From Dehalococcoidia bacterium (GTDB taxonomy: Bacteria > Chloroflexota > Dehalococcoidia > Tepidiformales > Tepidiformaceae), in contig JAGQGZ010000001.1 in NCBI GenBank assembly GCA_020432105.1, positions 1-55,163 on the forward strand: DNA of 55,163 bases. Direction: 5' to 3'. How positions within the stretch are numbered: the stretch's first letter is position 1; the number at the start of each line of letters is the position of its first letter. This document shows, in pieces, positions 44,422 to 53,839 of this stretch. The position numbers and the translations under genes are program-made. The notes below the pieces were generated by a model, which saw nothing but the letters and a program-made list of their open reading frames with translations, made no database searches and was not told where the DNA came from.

Positions 44422-46908
44422 TCAGTTTGGTGGCGCTCTTCGCTCCATGATTGTTACCGTCCCTGCGGCGCCGTCGATATGGACGAGGTCGCCGGTTCGA
44501 ATGGTTCGGGTGCCGTGGTGGACGTTGACGACTGCGGGGAGGCCGTACTCGCGGGCGATGGTGCTTCCGTGGCTGAGTGCGCTGCCGATGTCCACAACGA
44601 GGCCCACGGCGAGGCCGAATAGGGGTGTCCAGCCGGCGTCCGTAACCGGCGCCACAAGGATTTCGCCCGGCTGGATACCATCGTCGATCGCCGGGTCGCG
44701 GATGACGCGGGCTCGGGCCGTGACCGACCTCGCACTCACCGCCATCCCTGTGAGGACGGTACCGTCCGAGGACGAGGCAGGAGGTAGCGGCGTGGGATGG
44801 CCCCGGAACCGTTCCGGCAGGTCGATATAGCGATTACGTTCCATCTCCTTGCGCCGGCGTGCGACCGTGGTCTGATGGCTGTTTGCCACATCGGTTCCCG
44901 CGAGGATGTCGAGCAATTCCTCGTAGCTAAGGAAGAAGACGTCCTCGACATCGGAGATAATTCCACGCTCGACACACCGGCGGGCGCATTCCTCGATCAG
45001 CGGGTCGGACATGCGGGCGGACCGGACGATGATGGACTTGGTCCGTTCGCGCAGTGCTACGAAGTCCTGGGCATCGCGCAGGAAACGATTGTAGAGCGGC
45101 CGCACGAGCCATCCGATATCGCGGCGAAGGTCCTCAGTGAGGGCGAGGCGAGCAGTCTCCTGGCGTTCAAGGGTGGCCAGAGGCGACTGTTCCACGGGGA
45201 GGTCGAGGTATCCGCGCACCGCGGCAATCACCGGCGAAGGGTCGCTTCGCCAGGTCCGCGTGGAGGCCTCCATTTCGCGCATGCCACGGTGCCCGTGTGC
45301 CCGAAGAAAGGAGCGGTACGCGGCCCGCCATTCGGGTGGCAGCGCCTCTGACCGGGGGTCGACTGAATCATCGCGGAGAGCCGGGCCGATCCCTGTATTG
45401 AGAGCCACCCGCGAGAGATTCCAAATGTCGATGCCGATACGTGCGCTTTCGACATTCTTGAGACCGGTGAGGAGCGTGGGGATTGCCGATTCCGATCGCT
45501 CATCCCCGAGACGGGTCCGGAGCAGGCGTTCGAGGTTCGTGTAGGCCGCTGAGGCAAGGCCGCTGATGTGGAGGTGATGGGCAAAGGCGCGGCCGCTGAT
45601 TTCCTCGCCCGAGAGCAGAAGTGACCGCAACGCGGCATCGGAGCAGTCCCCCGTCGCAAGGGTGAGTCGTTTTCGCTCTGCCTGGCGCACTTCTCGCTCA
45701 AATCGCTCGGTGCGTGTCCGGGCGCCGAAAAGGAGCCGGCCGAGAGGTACCAGGCTACCGGCCATGAAGCGTGCCCGTTTCCGCAGCGGCTCGGAAGGGA
45801 GATCCGCCGTCGCCTCGCCACCGAGGAACTGGATCTCCACACCATCACCGCTGGCGCCGAGAGCCCGCGCACCCAGCATCCTCGTTGTTCCAACGTTGAG
45901 GAAGGCACGGTTGTAGAAGAAGGCAATCCACGGCGGTGACTCGTCCCTGGCGATGAGTCCGAGCCGCTGATAGCCCCGGACGAAGGCCGCCTGGCTGCTC
46001 CGCGTTCCGGTAGACATGGAGAGCGGCGTGAGGAGTCCAGGGAGCACCTCCTGGATATTCGCACTCGTCCACAACTCGTCGGGTCCGGTCGGCGTGTCGA
46101 ACTCGCTGGCCCAGCCGGTGGCGGCAGAATCAGCCGCTGGGGCGGTGGTGGTGATCGGGCGCGATTGGAGTAGCCAGAGCACACCGTCGCGGTCGAATGC
46201 GTACTCGATGTCCTGCTCGCTGCCGAAGAGTTCGGCACAGGCACGTGCCGCAGCCGCAACCTCTATAGCCTGCCTGTCCGTGAGCACCGGCTCACCCGGC
46301 GACTCGCGTTCGACGAGGTGCCCCTCGCGCGTGAGCACGATGTTTTCGGCCTGGGCCAGTCCGCTCACCAGCAACTCGCCCGGTCCCGCTACCGCTTCGA
46401 CCACGATGTGGCCGGGATGGCGACCGGTGGGGTCGTCGGTGAAGGCCACTCCGGCAGCAACCGCATCGACCATGCGCTGCACCACCACGGCCATAGCCGC
46501 CTGGTCGTCGGCTGTGGCCAGGTACCGATAGGCGGTTGCGGACTCGGCATGGAGCGATGCGAGGCAGGTCGCTACGGCTTCGCGGGCAGCTTCGAGGGTG
46601 GGTACGTTCAGGACGGTTTGGTGCTGACCGGCGAACGAAGCATCGCTGGCATCTTCGCCCGTGGCCGAGGAGCGTACGGCAACGGTGCTGCCATCTCCGA
46701 TGAGGCCGTCGCATGCGGAGGCGAAAGCTGATGCGATTTCGGGAGGCCAGGGTTTCCCTTCGGTCAGCGCAGCCGTCGCCATGGTCGTCAGCACGAAACC
46801 GGATGGTACCTGCTTCCCGGCCCGGACCAGCGCATCGAGAGCGTTGCCCTTGCCACCAAGAAGGGCGGCGCCGGCAGGACCATCGCCAAGCACATGAATG
46901 AAGGTCAT
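44422..46908 (-). CDS. PEP-utilising enzyme family protein with rifampin-phosphotransferase-like architecture (ATP-grasp N-domain, long middle domain, C-terminal swivel His domain)
   Basis: The N-terminus is LLGGKGNALDALVRAGKQVPSGFVLT. The C-terminal motif ILVAPVTDAGWTPLF...DIGSALSHGSTIAREYGLPAVV lies ~45 aa from the end, and no PEP/pyruvate TIM-barrel domain follows. The start at ATG 46908 was chosen by N-terminal alignment logic. Confidence 0.8.
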   Translation of the reverse strand: MTFIHVLGDGPAGAALLGGKGNALDALVRAGKQVPSGFVLTTMATAALTEGKPWPPEIASAFASACDGLIGDGSTVAVRSSATGEDASDASFAGQHQTVLNVPTLEAAREAVATCLASLHAESATAYRYLATADDQAAMAVVVQRMVDAVAAGVAFTDDPTGRHPGHIVVEAVAGPGELLVSGLAQAENIVLTREGHLVERESPGEPVLTDRQAIEVAAAARACAELFGSEQDIEYAFDRDGVLWLLQSRPITTTAPAADSAATGWASEFDTPTGPDELWTSANIQEVLPGLLTPLSMSTGTRSSQAAFVRGYQRLGLIARDESPPWIAFFYNRAFLNVGTTRMLGARALGASGDGVEIQFLGGEATADLPSEPLRKRARFMAGSLVPLGRLLFGARTRTERFEREVRQAERKRLTLATGDCSDAALRSLLLSGEEISGRAFAHHLHISGLASAAYTNLERLLRTRLGDERSESAIPTLLTGLKNVESARIGIDIWNLSRVALNTGIGPALRDDSVDPRSEALPPEWRAAYRSFLRAHGHRGMREMEASTRTWRSDPSPVIAAVRGYLDLPVEQSPLATLERQETARLALTEDLRRDIGWLVRPLYNRFLRDAQDFVALRERTKSIIVRSARMSDPLIEECARRCVERGIISDVEDVFFLSYEELLDILAGTDVANSHQTTVARRRKEMERNRYIDLPERFRGHPTPLPPASSSDGTVLTGMAVSARSVTARARVIRDPAIDDGIQPGEILVAPVTDAGWTPLFGLAVGLVVDIGSALSHGSTIAREYGLPAVVNVHHGTRTIRTGDLVHIDGAAGTVTIMERRAPPN

Positions 46909-46944
46909 CCGCGAAGGGTAGCGACTTCCGGAGCTTGTCAAAAC

Positions 46945-46958
46945 AGAACACATGTTCT
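46945..46958. promoter_or_regulatory. LexA (SOS) box of the Gram-positive/Cheo type within a divergent promoter region
   Basis: AGAACACATGTTCT is a perfect GAAC-N4-GTTC palindrome. It sits between a -35-like TTGTCA (46935-46940) and a -10-like TAGCGT (46958-46963) with 17-nt spacing. It lies 36 nt upstream of ATG 46994 and 38 nt upstream of the divergent gene's start at 46908. Confidence 0.7.
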
Positions 46959-46993
46959 AGCGTGATCGGACTGCATACCACGGAGGTACGGCC

Positions 46994-47845
46994 ATGCGCC
47001 TGCTCTGTCTCGACTTCCCCACGCTCCCAATCGCACTTGTGCGGAGAGCGCATCCCCACCTTTCGGAGCGACCGATAGTCCTCCTGGCAGGCCCCGGTGC
47101 GGATGCACCGGTGACCGCCGCATCGCCTGCCGCTATCACGCGCGGAGTGATCCCGGGGATGCCCGCGGTTGCCGCGCGCGGCCGCTGTGCCTCGGCCATG
47201 TTCCTGCCGGAGAATCCTGGCGCGTGTGTGGATGAATTGGAGCGCATTGCAAGTATCATCGCGAAATACGCGACACTTTCTGTCGCGATAACGTCGCAGA
47301 CTCGGATCATGATCGATGTTACGACCGTCAACGACGAAGTACGGATGGGTGAGCGGTTGGCGTCACTCGCCCGGCAATGGACTGGTCTCGAGGTTCGGGC
47401 GGGTGTTGGTTCTTCCCGGTCACAGGCCGAGGATGCCGCAACCCTGGTTCGCCGGGGCGTGGCGATCGACACACGTCCCGCAGGCGAAGATGAACCACCG
47501 CCGCAGGCGATGCAGCCGTTGACCGGGCGGGTCACACTTCGCGGCGAGCCTGATGATGATCAGCGCCGGTTGCGGGGCCTCATTGCCCGGCTTGCCCGGC
47601 TCCAGGACAGCCTGGGACAGGCCTGTCGCGAGGTCACGCTGCGCATGGTTGCCGACGACCTGGTAATGCGTCGCAGGCTCCGGTTCGATCGGCCCACCGG
47701 GGTGTTGGAGGCGCAGGACCGGATCGAGGCGGCCGTGAGTACGGTCCCGGTTGAAGGCCCGGTAGTCCTGGAACTTGAACTTGGACGGCCTGCGCCGCTA
47801 CTGCTTGCCACGCGATATCGCGAGGCGCTTGCAACGGCAGTGTGA
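46994..47845 (+). CDS. short ImuB-like Y-family DNA polymerase paralogue (probably non-catalytic)
   Basis: GGAGG lies 7 nt upstream. MRLLCLDFPTLPIALVRR...PIVLL...AAITRGVIPGMPAVAARGRC...IMIDVTT follows the ImuB/DinB palm-fingers pattern. The conserved D-E pair reads D-V, as in ImuB. It is only 283 aa. Confidence 0.6.
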   Translation: MRLLCLDFPTLPIALVRRAHPHLSERPIVLLAGPGADAPVTAASPAAITRGVIPGMPAVAARGRCASAMFLPENPGACVDELERIASIIAKYATLSVAITSQTRIMIDVTTVNDEVRMGERLASLARQWTGLEVRAGVGSSRSQAEDAATLVRRGVAIDTRPAGEDEPPPQAMQPLTGRVTLRGEPDDDQRRLRGLIARLARLQDSLGQACREVTLRMVADDLVMRRRLRFDRPTGVLEAQDRIEAAVSTVPVEGPVVLELELGRPAPLLLATRYREALATAV

Positions 47846-47932
47846 GGACTCAGGTCTGCTAAGAGTGGCCTGTTAGAATTGGGTGACAGCCGATCCGCCG
47901 GACCGGCCACTTCACCTGACAGGACCCACCAT

Positions 47933-50644
47933 ATGACCGCGCCATCGTCTCGCACGCAGCTACCCCCTGCTTACGAGCCGAAGGAAGTAGAAGGCCGCAT
48001 CTATGAGATGTGGCGCGAGGCCGGTTATTTCCAGCCCCGTGGCGCCGGTAACCCCTACTGCATCATCATGCCGCCGCCAAACGTGACGGGTGAACTCCAC
48101 CTTGGTCATGGTCTCGAAGATGCCCTGACGGACACGCTTGTGCGCTGGCACCGGATGCGTGGAGATCGTGTGCTGTGGGTCCCCGGCGAAGACCATGCCG
48201 GTATCGCCACCCAGAACGTCATCGAACGGGAACTTGCCCGGGAGGGGCTCTCGCGCCATGACATCGGCCGCGAGGCCTTTGTCGAACGAACCTGGATGTG
48301 GGTTCGCAAGTATCGCTCCCGGATTGCCGAGCAGCATGCCAGGCTCGGAGCAAGCGCCGACTGGGAACGCGATGTTTTCACGCTCGACCCGGCGATCGTG
48401 AAGGCCGTACGGACGACGTTCGTGAATCTCTATCGCGACGGGCTCATTTATCGCGGCCTGCGAATGATTAACTGGTGTCCGCGCTGCGAGACTGCGTTGA
48501 GCGATCTCGAGGTCGACTACGAGGAGGAGCAGGCAAAGCTCTACTACCTCCGGTACCCAATGATGGGCGAGGGTGGGATGCCGCTCCCCGACCACGTGAT
48601 TGTCGCAACGACGCGGCCGGAGACGATGCTCGGCGATACGGCGGTGGCGGTGAACCCCAGGGACGAGCGCTATGAGAGCAAGATCGGCCGGATGCTCGGG
48701 TTGCCGCTCGTGGGCCGGGAGATCCCGGTCGTGCCCGACGATTCTGTGTCGATGGAGTTCGGTACCGGCGCGGTGAAGGTGACCCCGGGGCATGACCCGA
48801 ACGACTGGGAGATCGGTCAGCGCCACGACCTGCCGGCGATCGTCGTGCTCGATCGCAATGCGGTGCTCAATGAGGAGGCCGGGCCCTACGAAGGACTGAG
48901 CGTGGAGGCCGGCAGGGCCGCAGTGCTACGTGACCTCGACGAAGGGGGCTTCCTCGACAGGGTCGAGGACTACACGCACTCAGTCGGCAAATGCAGCCGC
49001 TGCAAGACGCACGTTCAGCCGATCCCGAGCGAGCAGTGGTGGGTGGATGTCCACAAGGAGTACCTGCCCGGCCGGTCACTTTCGAGTGCCGCCGCCGAAG
49101 CTGTCCGCCAGGGGCACATCCGCATCGTCCCGCAGCGATTCGAGAAGGTGTACCTGAACTGGATGGATAACATCCGTGACTGGTGTGTCAGCCGCCAGCT
49201 CTGGTGGGGTCACCAGATCCCCGTGTGGTACTGCGATTGTGGCGAGATCATCGCGGCGATCGAAGACCCGGCGGCCTGTCCGAAGTGCGGCTCCTCGGAG
49301 CTGAGGCAGGACGAAGACGTGCTCGACACCTGGTTCTCCAGTGGTCTCGCCCCCCACGCGGACCTTGGTTGGCCGGACGAAGATGCCGAAGATCTGCGGA
49401 CGTACTACCCGACCAATGACATCCAGATGGGCTACGACATCATGTTCTTCTGGTGCGCCCGGATGATCATGCTCGGGCTGTACAACATGCAGGATCGCGG
49501 TTTCGAAGAGTCGGTTCCCTTCCGCAATGTCCTCTTCCACGGCCTCATCCGCGACAGCAACGGCGAGAAGATGACGAAGTCGCGGGGGAACGTCGTCGAT
49601 CCGCTGCTGTCAGCCGGACAGTACGGTGCCGATGCGTTCCGCTTCGGCCTGTTGACGGGCGCCACCCTCGGTGCCGACCAGCGCTACAGCGATGATCGCC
49701 TGACATCGGCGCGCAATTTCGCCAACAAGCTCTGGAACAGCGCTCGCTTCGTGCTCCAGAAGCTCGACGGTTTGCCGGTTAAGGCGCCTCACCCGCTCGA
49801 TCGCGAGTCGATGGCGCTTGAGGACCGCTGGATCCTCTCGCGGCTGGAACAGCTTGCGCAAGATGTAGATTCACTCCTCACATCGTTCCAGGTGGGGGAG
49901 GCCGGCCGTTACATCGAGGACTTTCTCTGGAATGAATTCTGCGACTGGTATATCGAATTTGCGAAGGTTCGACTGACTGCCGGAGACGACTCACCGAAAG
50001 CGGTCCTGGCCTATGTCCTCGACTACGGCCTTCGGTTGCTGCACCCGATCATGCCGTTTGTGACCGAGGAGCTCTGGCAAAACCTCCGGGGCCACCTCGG
50101 CAGCGATATGCCCGACCAGCTCATCGTGGCCTGGTACCCCCGGAGCGGCGGCAACTGGAAGGACGCTGCATCGGAAGCGGCGATGGCACACGTCATCGAA
50201 GTGAACCGAACGATCCGCAACCTTCGCACGGAAAACCGCCTTGAGGCTGGCGCCCGGCCGGAAGTGATCCTGCGTGCCGGGGCGATGGCGGACGCGTTGC
50301 GAGCGACGGCCGGGGCAACGGAGTTCACCTCACGGGTGACGCTGACGGTGACTGCGGCCGATGCCACCATGCCCGAAGCGGAATACGCCTTCGGCCGGGT
50401 GGGAGACACGGAGGTAGCGGTTACGCTTCCGCAGGTCGATTCGGATGCTGAGATCGCAAGGCTTCAGAAGGAACTCGACGAGGCTGAGGTGTACATTGGC
50501 CGCCTCGAAGCTCAGCTTGGCAATGCGCAGTTCCGGGACAAGGCACCGGCGAAAGTGGTCGAGGGTGTTGAGCACAACCGCGACGAAGCGAGGCAGCGTG
50601 CGTCGGGCCTCCGTGAGCGGATCGAGAGCCTGAAGCAGGCGTAA
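47933..50644 (+). CDS. valS: valine--tRNA ligase
   Basis: It has HIGH motif PPPNVTGELHLGH, KMSKS motif EKMTKSRGN and a C-terminal coiled coil. The ORF-track start at 47879 is an upstream extension. Confidence 0.95.
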   Translation: MTAPSSRTQLPPAYEPKEVEGRIYEMWREAGYFQPRGAGNPYCIIMPPPNVTGELHLGHGLEDALTDTLVRWHRMRGDRVLWVPGEDHAGIATQNVIERELAREGLSRHDIGREAFVERTWMWVRKYRSRIAEQHARLGASADWERDVFTLDPAIVKAVRTTFVNLYRDGLIYRGLRMINWCPRCETALSDLEVDYEEEQAKLYYLRYPMMGEGGMPLPDHVIVATTRPETMLGDTAVAVNPRDERYESKIGRMLGLPLVGREIPVVPDDSVSMEFGTGAVKVTPGHDPNDWEIGQRHDLPAIVVLDRNAVLNEEAGPYEGLSVEAGRAAVLRDLDEGGFLDRVEDYTHSVGKCSRCKTHVQPIPSEQWWVDVHKEYLPGRSLSSAAAEAVRQGHIRIVPQRFEKVYLNWMDNIRDWCVSRQLWWGHQIPVWYCDCGEIIAAIEDPAACPKCGSSELRQDEDVLDTWFSSGLAPHADLGWPDEDAEDLRTYYPTNDIQMGYDIMFFWCARMIMLGLYNMQDRGFEESVPFRNVLFHGLIRDSNGEKMTKSRGNVVDPLLSAGQYGADAFRFGLLTGATLGADQRYSDDRLTSARNFANKLWNSARFVLQKLDGLPVKAPHPLDRESMALEDRWILSRLEQLAQDVDSLLTSFQVGEAGRYIEDFLWNEFCDWYIEFAKVRLTAGDDSPKAVLAYVLDYGLRLLHPIMPFVTEELWQNLRGHLGSDMPDQLIVAWYPRSGGNWKDAASEAAMAHVIEVNRTIRNLRTENRLEAGARPEVILRAGAMADALRATAGATEFTSRVTLTVTAADATMPEAEYAFGRVGDTEVAVTLPQVDSDAEIARLQKELDEAEVYIGRLEAQLGNAQFRDKAPAKVVEGVEHNRDEARQRASGLRERIESLKQA

Positions 50645-50646
50645 GG

Positions 50647-51171
50647 ATGCTGAACCCGGAGATCGAGGTGCTGCTCGGCCGCGCTGCTACCGCCAGGTTC
50701 CAGTTGTGGTCACTCGTCGCAGTGCTCGAGGACGGGCACTTTGACCAGCGTGCAGAGGGCGATACCTGGTCGGTTCGTGAGCATTTGGCGCACGTTGCGG
50801 CCGTGGATCGGGTAACCGTGGAAATGGTGGAAGCACTGGCGGGCCCGAGGCTGGACCTTTCGCCGTTCCTGGCGCTGCGAGAGCGGCGACGGCTGGACGC
50901 ACTGGCAGACCCGGGCGGCGTGCAGGCAGCGGCCCCACATGCGCGTGAGGTGGTCGTGGAGCGACTGAGGTCGTTAAGTCCGGAGCTGCTCTCTATCGAG
51001 GTGGTGCTTCCGGCGCGAGACGCGTGGTCGGCCCCCGTTTCGATGCAGCTACGAAGCTACCTTGCCGAGTGGGCAAGCCACGACACGCATCACGAGGCCG
51101 CGATCCGCGAGGCCGTGCGGACGAGCATCAGCCCGGCGGCGCTGGCCCTGGCCGCCCGGTCGCGGCGGTAG
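50647..51171 (+). CDS. DinB family protein
   Basis: It has WSVREHLAHVAAVD ... ASHDTHHEAAIREA (a DinB-type His triad pattern). It lies 2 nt after the valS stop. Confidence 0.75.
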   Translation: MLNPEIEVLLGRAATARFQLWSLVAVLEDGHFDQRAEGDTWSVREHLAHVAAVDRVTVEMVEALAGPRLDLSPFLALRERRRLDALADPGGVQAAAPHAREVVVERLRSLSPELLSIEVVLPARDAWSAPVSMQLRSYLAEWASHDTHHEAAIREAVRTSISPAALALAARSRR

Positions 51172-52066
51172 ACCTGCGCGACCGCGCCCGGTCGATGCCC
51201 GCGCCGCGGACTCCAATGAGGACACCGGCAAGAATCAGCGGTCCACCGACAATCACCCCCGCTGAGGGGTTTTCGCCGAGGATGGGGATCGCGAGCAGGG
51301 TCGCGAGGACGGGCTCGCCGAGGCCGGCGATGCCAACCGTCACCACCCGATAGTGGGCCAGGGCCCAGTTGAATGCCGTATGTCCGACAACCTGGGGCAC
51401 AAAGGCGAGCAGCACGATGAATGTCCACGTTTCACCGTCGAAACCGGCGGTCCGGGGTTGCACGACCAGGATGGAGGCCCAGATCCCGAGTGCCGCGATG
51501 GTGTACACGGTGGCCGAGTAAGACGTCGTGCTGATGTCGGCCCGGACCGTACGGCCGATGGTGCGGTAGAGCGCCCCGAAAACACCCGCGGCCAGTGCGA
51601 GTGCGTCGCCCTGGAGCTGGCCGGGATCCTCGATAAAATCCCGGCCACCGATGATGGCGAGTCCGACGCCGGCGAGGGCGATTCCCCACCACTCGGCACG
51701 ATTTGGCCGTTCGCGAAGCAGGGCCCAGGCAAAGAGTGCAGACAACAGCGGCTGCATCCCGACAATGACGACGCTGCTTCCGACGGACGTTCTTTCGAGC
51801 GATGCGAACCAGGTCCAGAAGTGGGCGGCGAGGAAGATGCCGCTGGCCGCGAGGAGGGGGAAGTCGGCACGGGCCGGCAGGCGGTCACGGCCCGTTGCCA
51901 CAAGAGTCACCCCGGCGGCGCTCATGACGGCTGCTGAAATGGCGAGCCTGTAGCCGGCGATGGTCAGGGCAGGGGCATCGTCGGCGAGGCGGAAGAAAAT
52001 GGCGGCGAACGCAGTGCCGGCCACTCCCAGGGCGAGGCCGGTCGAGGCCGGAATACGGCGTCTCAC
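51128..52066 (-). CDS. EamA/DMT superfamily transporter
   Basis: It has ten hydrophobic spans in two EamA-like halves. Its 3' end overlaps the convergent DinB gene by 44 nt. Confidence 0.85.
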   Translation of the reverse strand: MRRRIPASTGLALGVAGTAFAAIFFRLADDAPALTIAGYRLAISAAVMSAAGVTLVATGRDRLPARADFPLLAASGIFLAAHFWTWFASLERTSVGSSVVIVGMQPLLSALFAWALLRERPNRAEWWGIALAGVGLAIIGGRDFIEDPGQLQGDALALAAGVFGALYRTIGRTVRADISTTSYSATVYTIAALGIWASILVVQPRTAGFDGETWTFIVLLAFVPQVVGHTAFNWALAHYRVVTVGIAGLGEPVLATLLAIPILGENPSAGVIVGGPLILAGVLIGVRGAGIDRARSRRSTAATGRPGPAPPG

Positions 52067-52069
52067 CGT

Positions 52070-53443
52070 TTACACGTGGCGCCCGGGCATCGCCCCTGCT
52101 GCCATACGGCCGATCGCCGTCGCCGGTGGGTCTCCATACACATACTCACGGATGATGCCTCGCCAGGGCCCCTCGGTGTCCAGGCCCGCGAGTACGCCGG
52201 CAAGACCAAAGTTGATCCGGGTGAGGAACACCATCCCGGGAGGAATGTTGCAGTAGCGATTGATCTCGCCGCCGGGTCCTGTGGTCTGGCTGTTGCGTCG
52301 GACCATCTCCGCCGCAAGATCACGGGTGAAGTGCACGGTGTCTTCGAGTATGGGTGCCCAGAACCAGTGCATGTGCTCATAGAGCTCGGCGGTGGAGAAT
52401 GGCGCTCCGCGATGGAGGATGCCCACGTTCTCGCAGGCCGCCCGCCATTCGTCCAGTTTTCCTTCCATCAATGCCCGGATGATTGATGCGAAGCCTTCCA
52501 CCGTCTCGCGGTCGAATTCGGCGACGCATCCATAGTCGACAAACGCGACCTTTCCGCCGGGCATGAGCACGTAGTTGCCTGGGTGGGGGTCGCCGTTGAA
52601 GAGGCCGTGGCGGTAGATCGAACCGAACGCGAAACGGAAGATGACCTCCGCCACGTGGTTTCGGTTGCCGGCGTCCCATTCCTTTGCGGCTCGCAAGGGC
52701 AGCCCTTCGACATAGTCCTGGGTGAGGATGCGGGCGGTGGAGAGCTCCCGAACAACGGCCGGGACAACGATGAATGGGTGGTCTTCGTACAGCCTGCCGA
52801 AGCGTTCCTGGTTTTGGGCTTCGCGGGTGTAGTCGAGCTCGGCCGAGATACCTTCCCGCAGTTCGCTGGCGATGGCTGCGCCGTCGAGGCCACGGGCGAA
52901 CAGGTTCCCCAGGCCAACCACGAGTCCCACGTTCGCAAGATCAGCATCGATGGCGGCGGCCACGCCCGGGTATTGCACCTTCACTGCCACCTGCCTGCCA
53001 TCCCGCGTTTCGGCGCGATGGACCTGGCCGATGGATGCCGCCGCAAATGGCCTGGTCTCAAAGTGCCTGAAGATCTCTCCCGGCGATCGTCCAAAATCCT
53101 CCTGGAAGACCTGTTCCACCAGTCCGAACGCCATTGGCGGCGCCTGTGAATGGAGTGAGCTCAACCTGTCGGACAGCTCTTCCGGGACGACGCCGGTCAT
53201 CAGCGACATCACCTGGCCAAGCTTCATCGCGGCGCCCTTCATCTCCCCCATCGTGCGGGCGACGTCTTCGCCGGTCTTGAGCGATGCCTGGCGCTGTCGC
53301 TCCTCCTTCGACCTGGACGACGGCAGCTGGGTCCGGAGCCAGCGCAGGAGTGCCCGCCCGGCAAGCCCGGCGGGGATGGCCGTTCGGCGGAGGCGATCCA
53401 CCGGGATGCGATTGGATGCGGGGCGGGGCGAGGGCATCGTCAT
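52070..53443 (-). CDS. ABC1/UbiB (AarF) atypical kinase family protein
   Basis: It has KLGQVMS, ASIGQVHRA, VAVKVQYPGV and FNGDPHPGNY. ATG 53443 was chosen as the start; the ORF-track start at 53584 adds a non-homologous extension. Confidence 0.85.
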   Translation of the reverse strand: MTMPSPRPASNRIPVDRLRRTAIPAGLAGRALLRWLRTQLPSSRSKEERQRQASLKTGEDVARTMGEMKGAAMKLGQVMSLMTGVVPEELSDRLSSLHSQAPPMAFGLVEQVFQEDFGRSPGEIFRHFETRPFAAASIGQVHRAETRDGRQVAVKVQYPGVAAAIDADLANVGLVVGLGNLFARGLDGAAIASELREGISAELDYTREAQNQERFGRLYEDHPFIVVPAVVRELSTARILTQDYVEGLPLRAAKEWDAGNRNHVAEVIFRFAFGSIYRHGLFNGDPHPGNYVLMPGGKVAFVDYGCVAEFDRETVEGFASIIRALMEGKLDEWRAACENVGILHRGAPFSTAELYEHMHWFWAPILEDTVHFTRDLAAEMVRRNSQTTGPGGEINRYCNIPPGMVFLTRINFGLAGVLAGLDTEGPWRGIIREYVYGDPPATAIGRMAAGAMPGRHV

Positions 53444-53609
53444 AGTTGCAGTTTCCGGGGCCGCGGCTGCAGCGTCGAACGCTCCGCAGCACTTTCGGTG
53501 GTGGCGTTTCGGTGAACCTTGCGTGAAACCCCTTACAGAGCAGGGATACCGTCTATCGATGTATAGCCGATGATGGTTGGACAACCTGGTATAGAGGAGG
53601 TGCGTAACG

Positions 53610-53819
53610 ATGAGTGGAATCTTCTATGACGGAACGCACCGCCGTGTTGTCCGAGTGGTCGGCACGCCGGATCCGGGATGGCGCCTGGTCACCCACGACC
53701 TCACCCCGGCGGTGAATGAATGCCGGCGCATCTTGCGGGAGTGGATGGAGTCTGAGGACCTGTTCCTTGTCGATTGGTCGGCACTTGCGCAGCCCTACCA
53801 TGAGCGGCGCTCTGCCTGA
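53610..53819 (+). CDS. small hypothetical protein (69 aa)
   Basis: A strong SD, AGAGGAGG, lies 9 nt before the ATG, and GC3 is high. It lies 20 nt upstream of the next gene. No family recognised. Confidence 0.5.
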   Translation: MSGIFYDGTHRRVVRVVGTPDPGWRLVTHDLTPAVNECRRILREWMESEDLFLVDWSALAQPYHERRSA

Positions 53820-53839
53820 GTCTGCGGCAATAATGGGAT

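Noticed and set aside
47846-47932. T-box leader upstream of valS.
   Set aside because: Only 87 nt are available between the upstream stop and the valS ATG, which is too short for a T-box (~200 nt). No specifier-loop or T-box sequence was recognised.
51128-51171. 44-nt convergent overlap between the DinB gene and the EamA transporter gene as a regulatory antisense feature.
   Set aside because: It is most simply explained by low-complexity C-terminal tails of both ORFs running to the first available stop in GC-rich DNA. There is no supporting structure.
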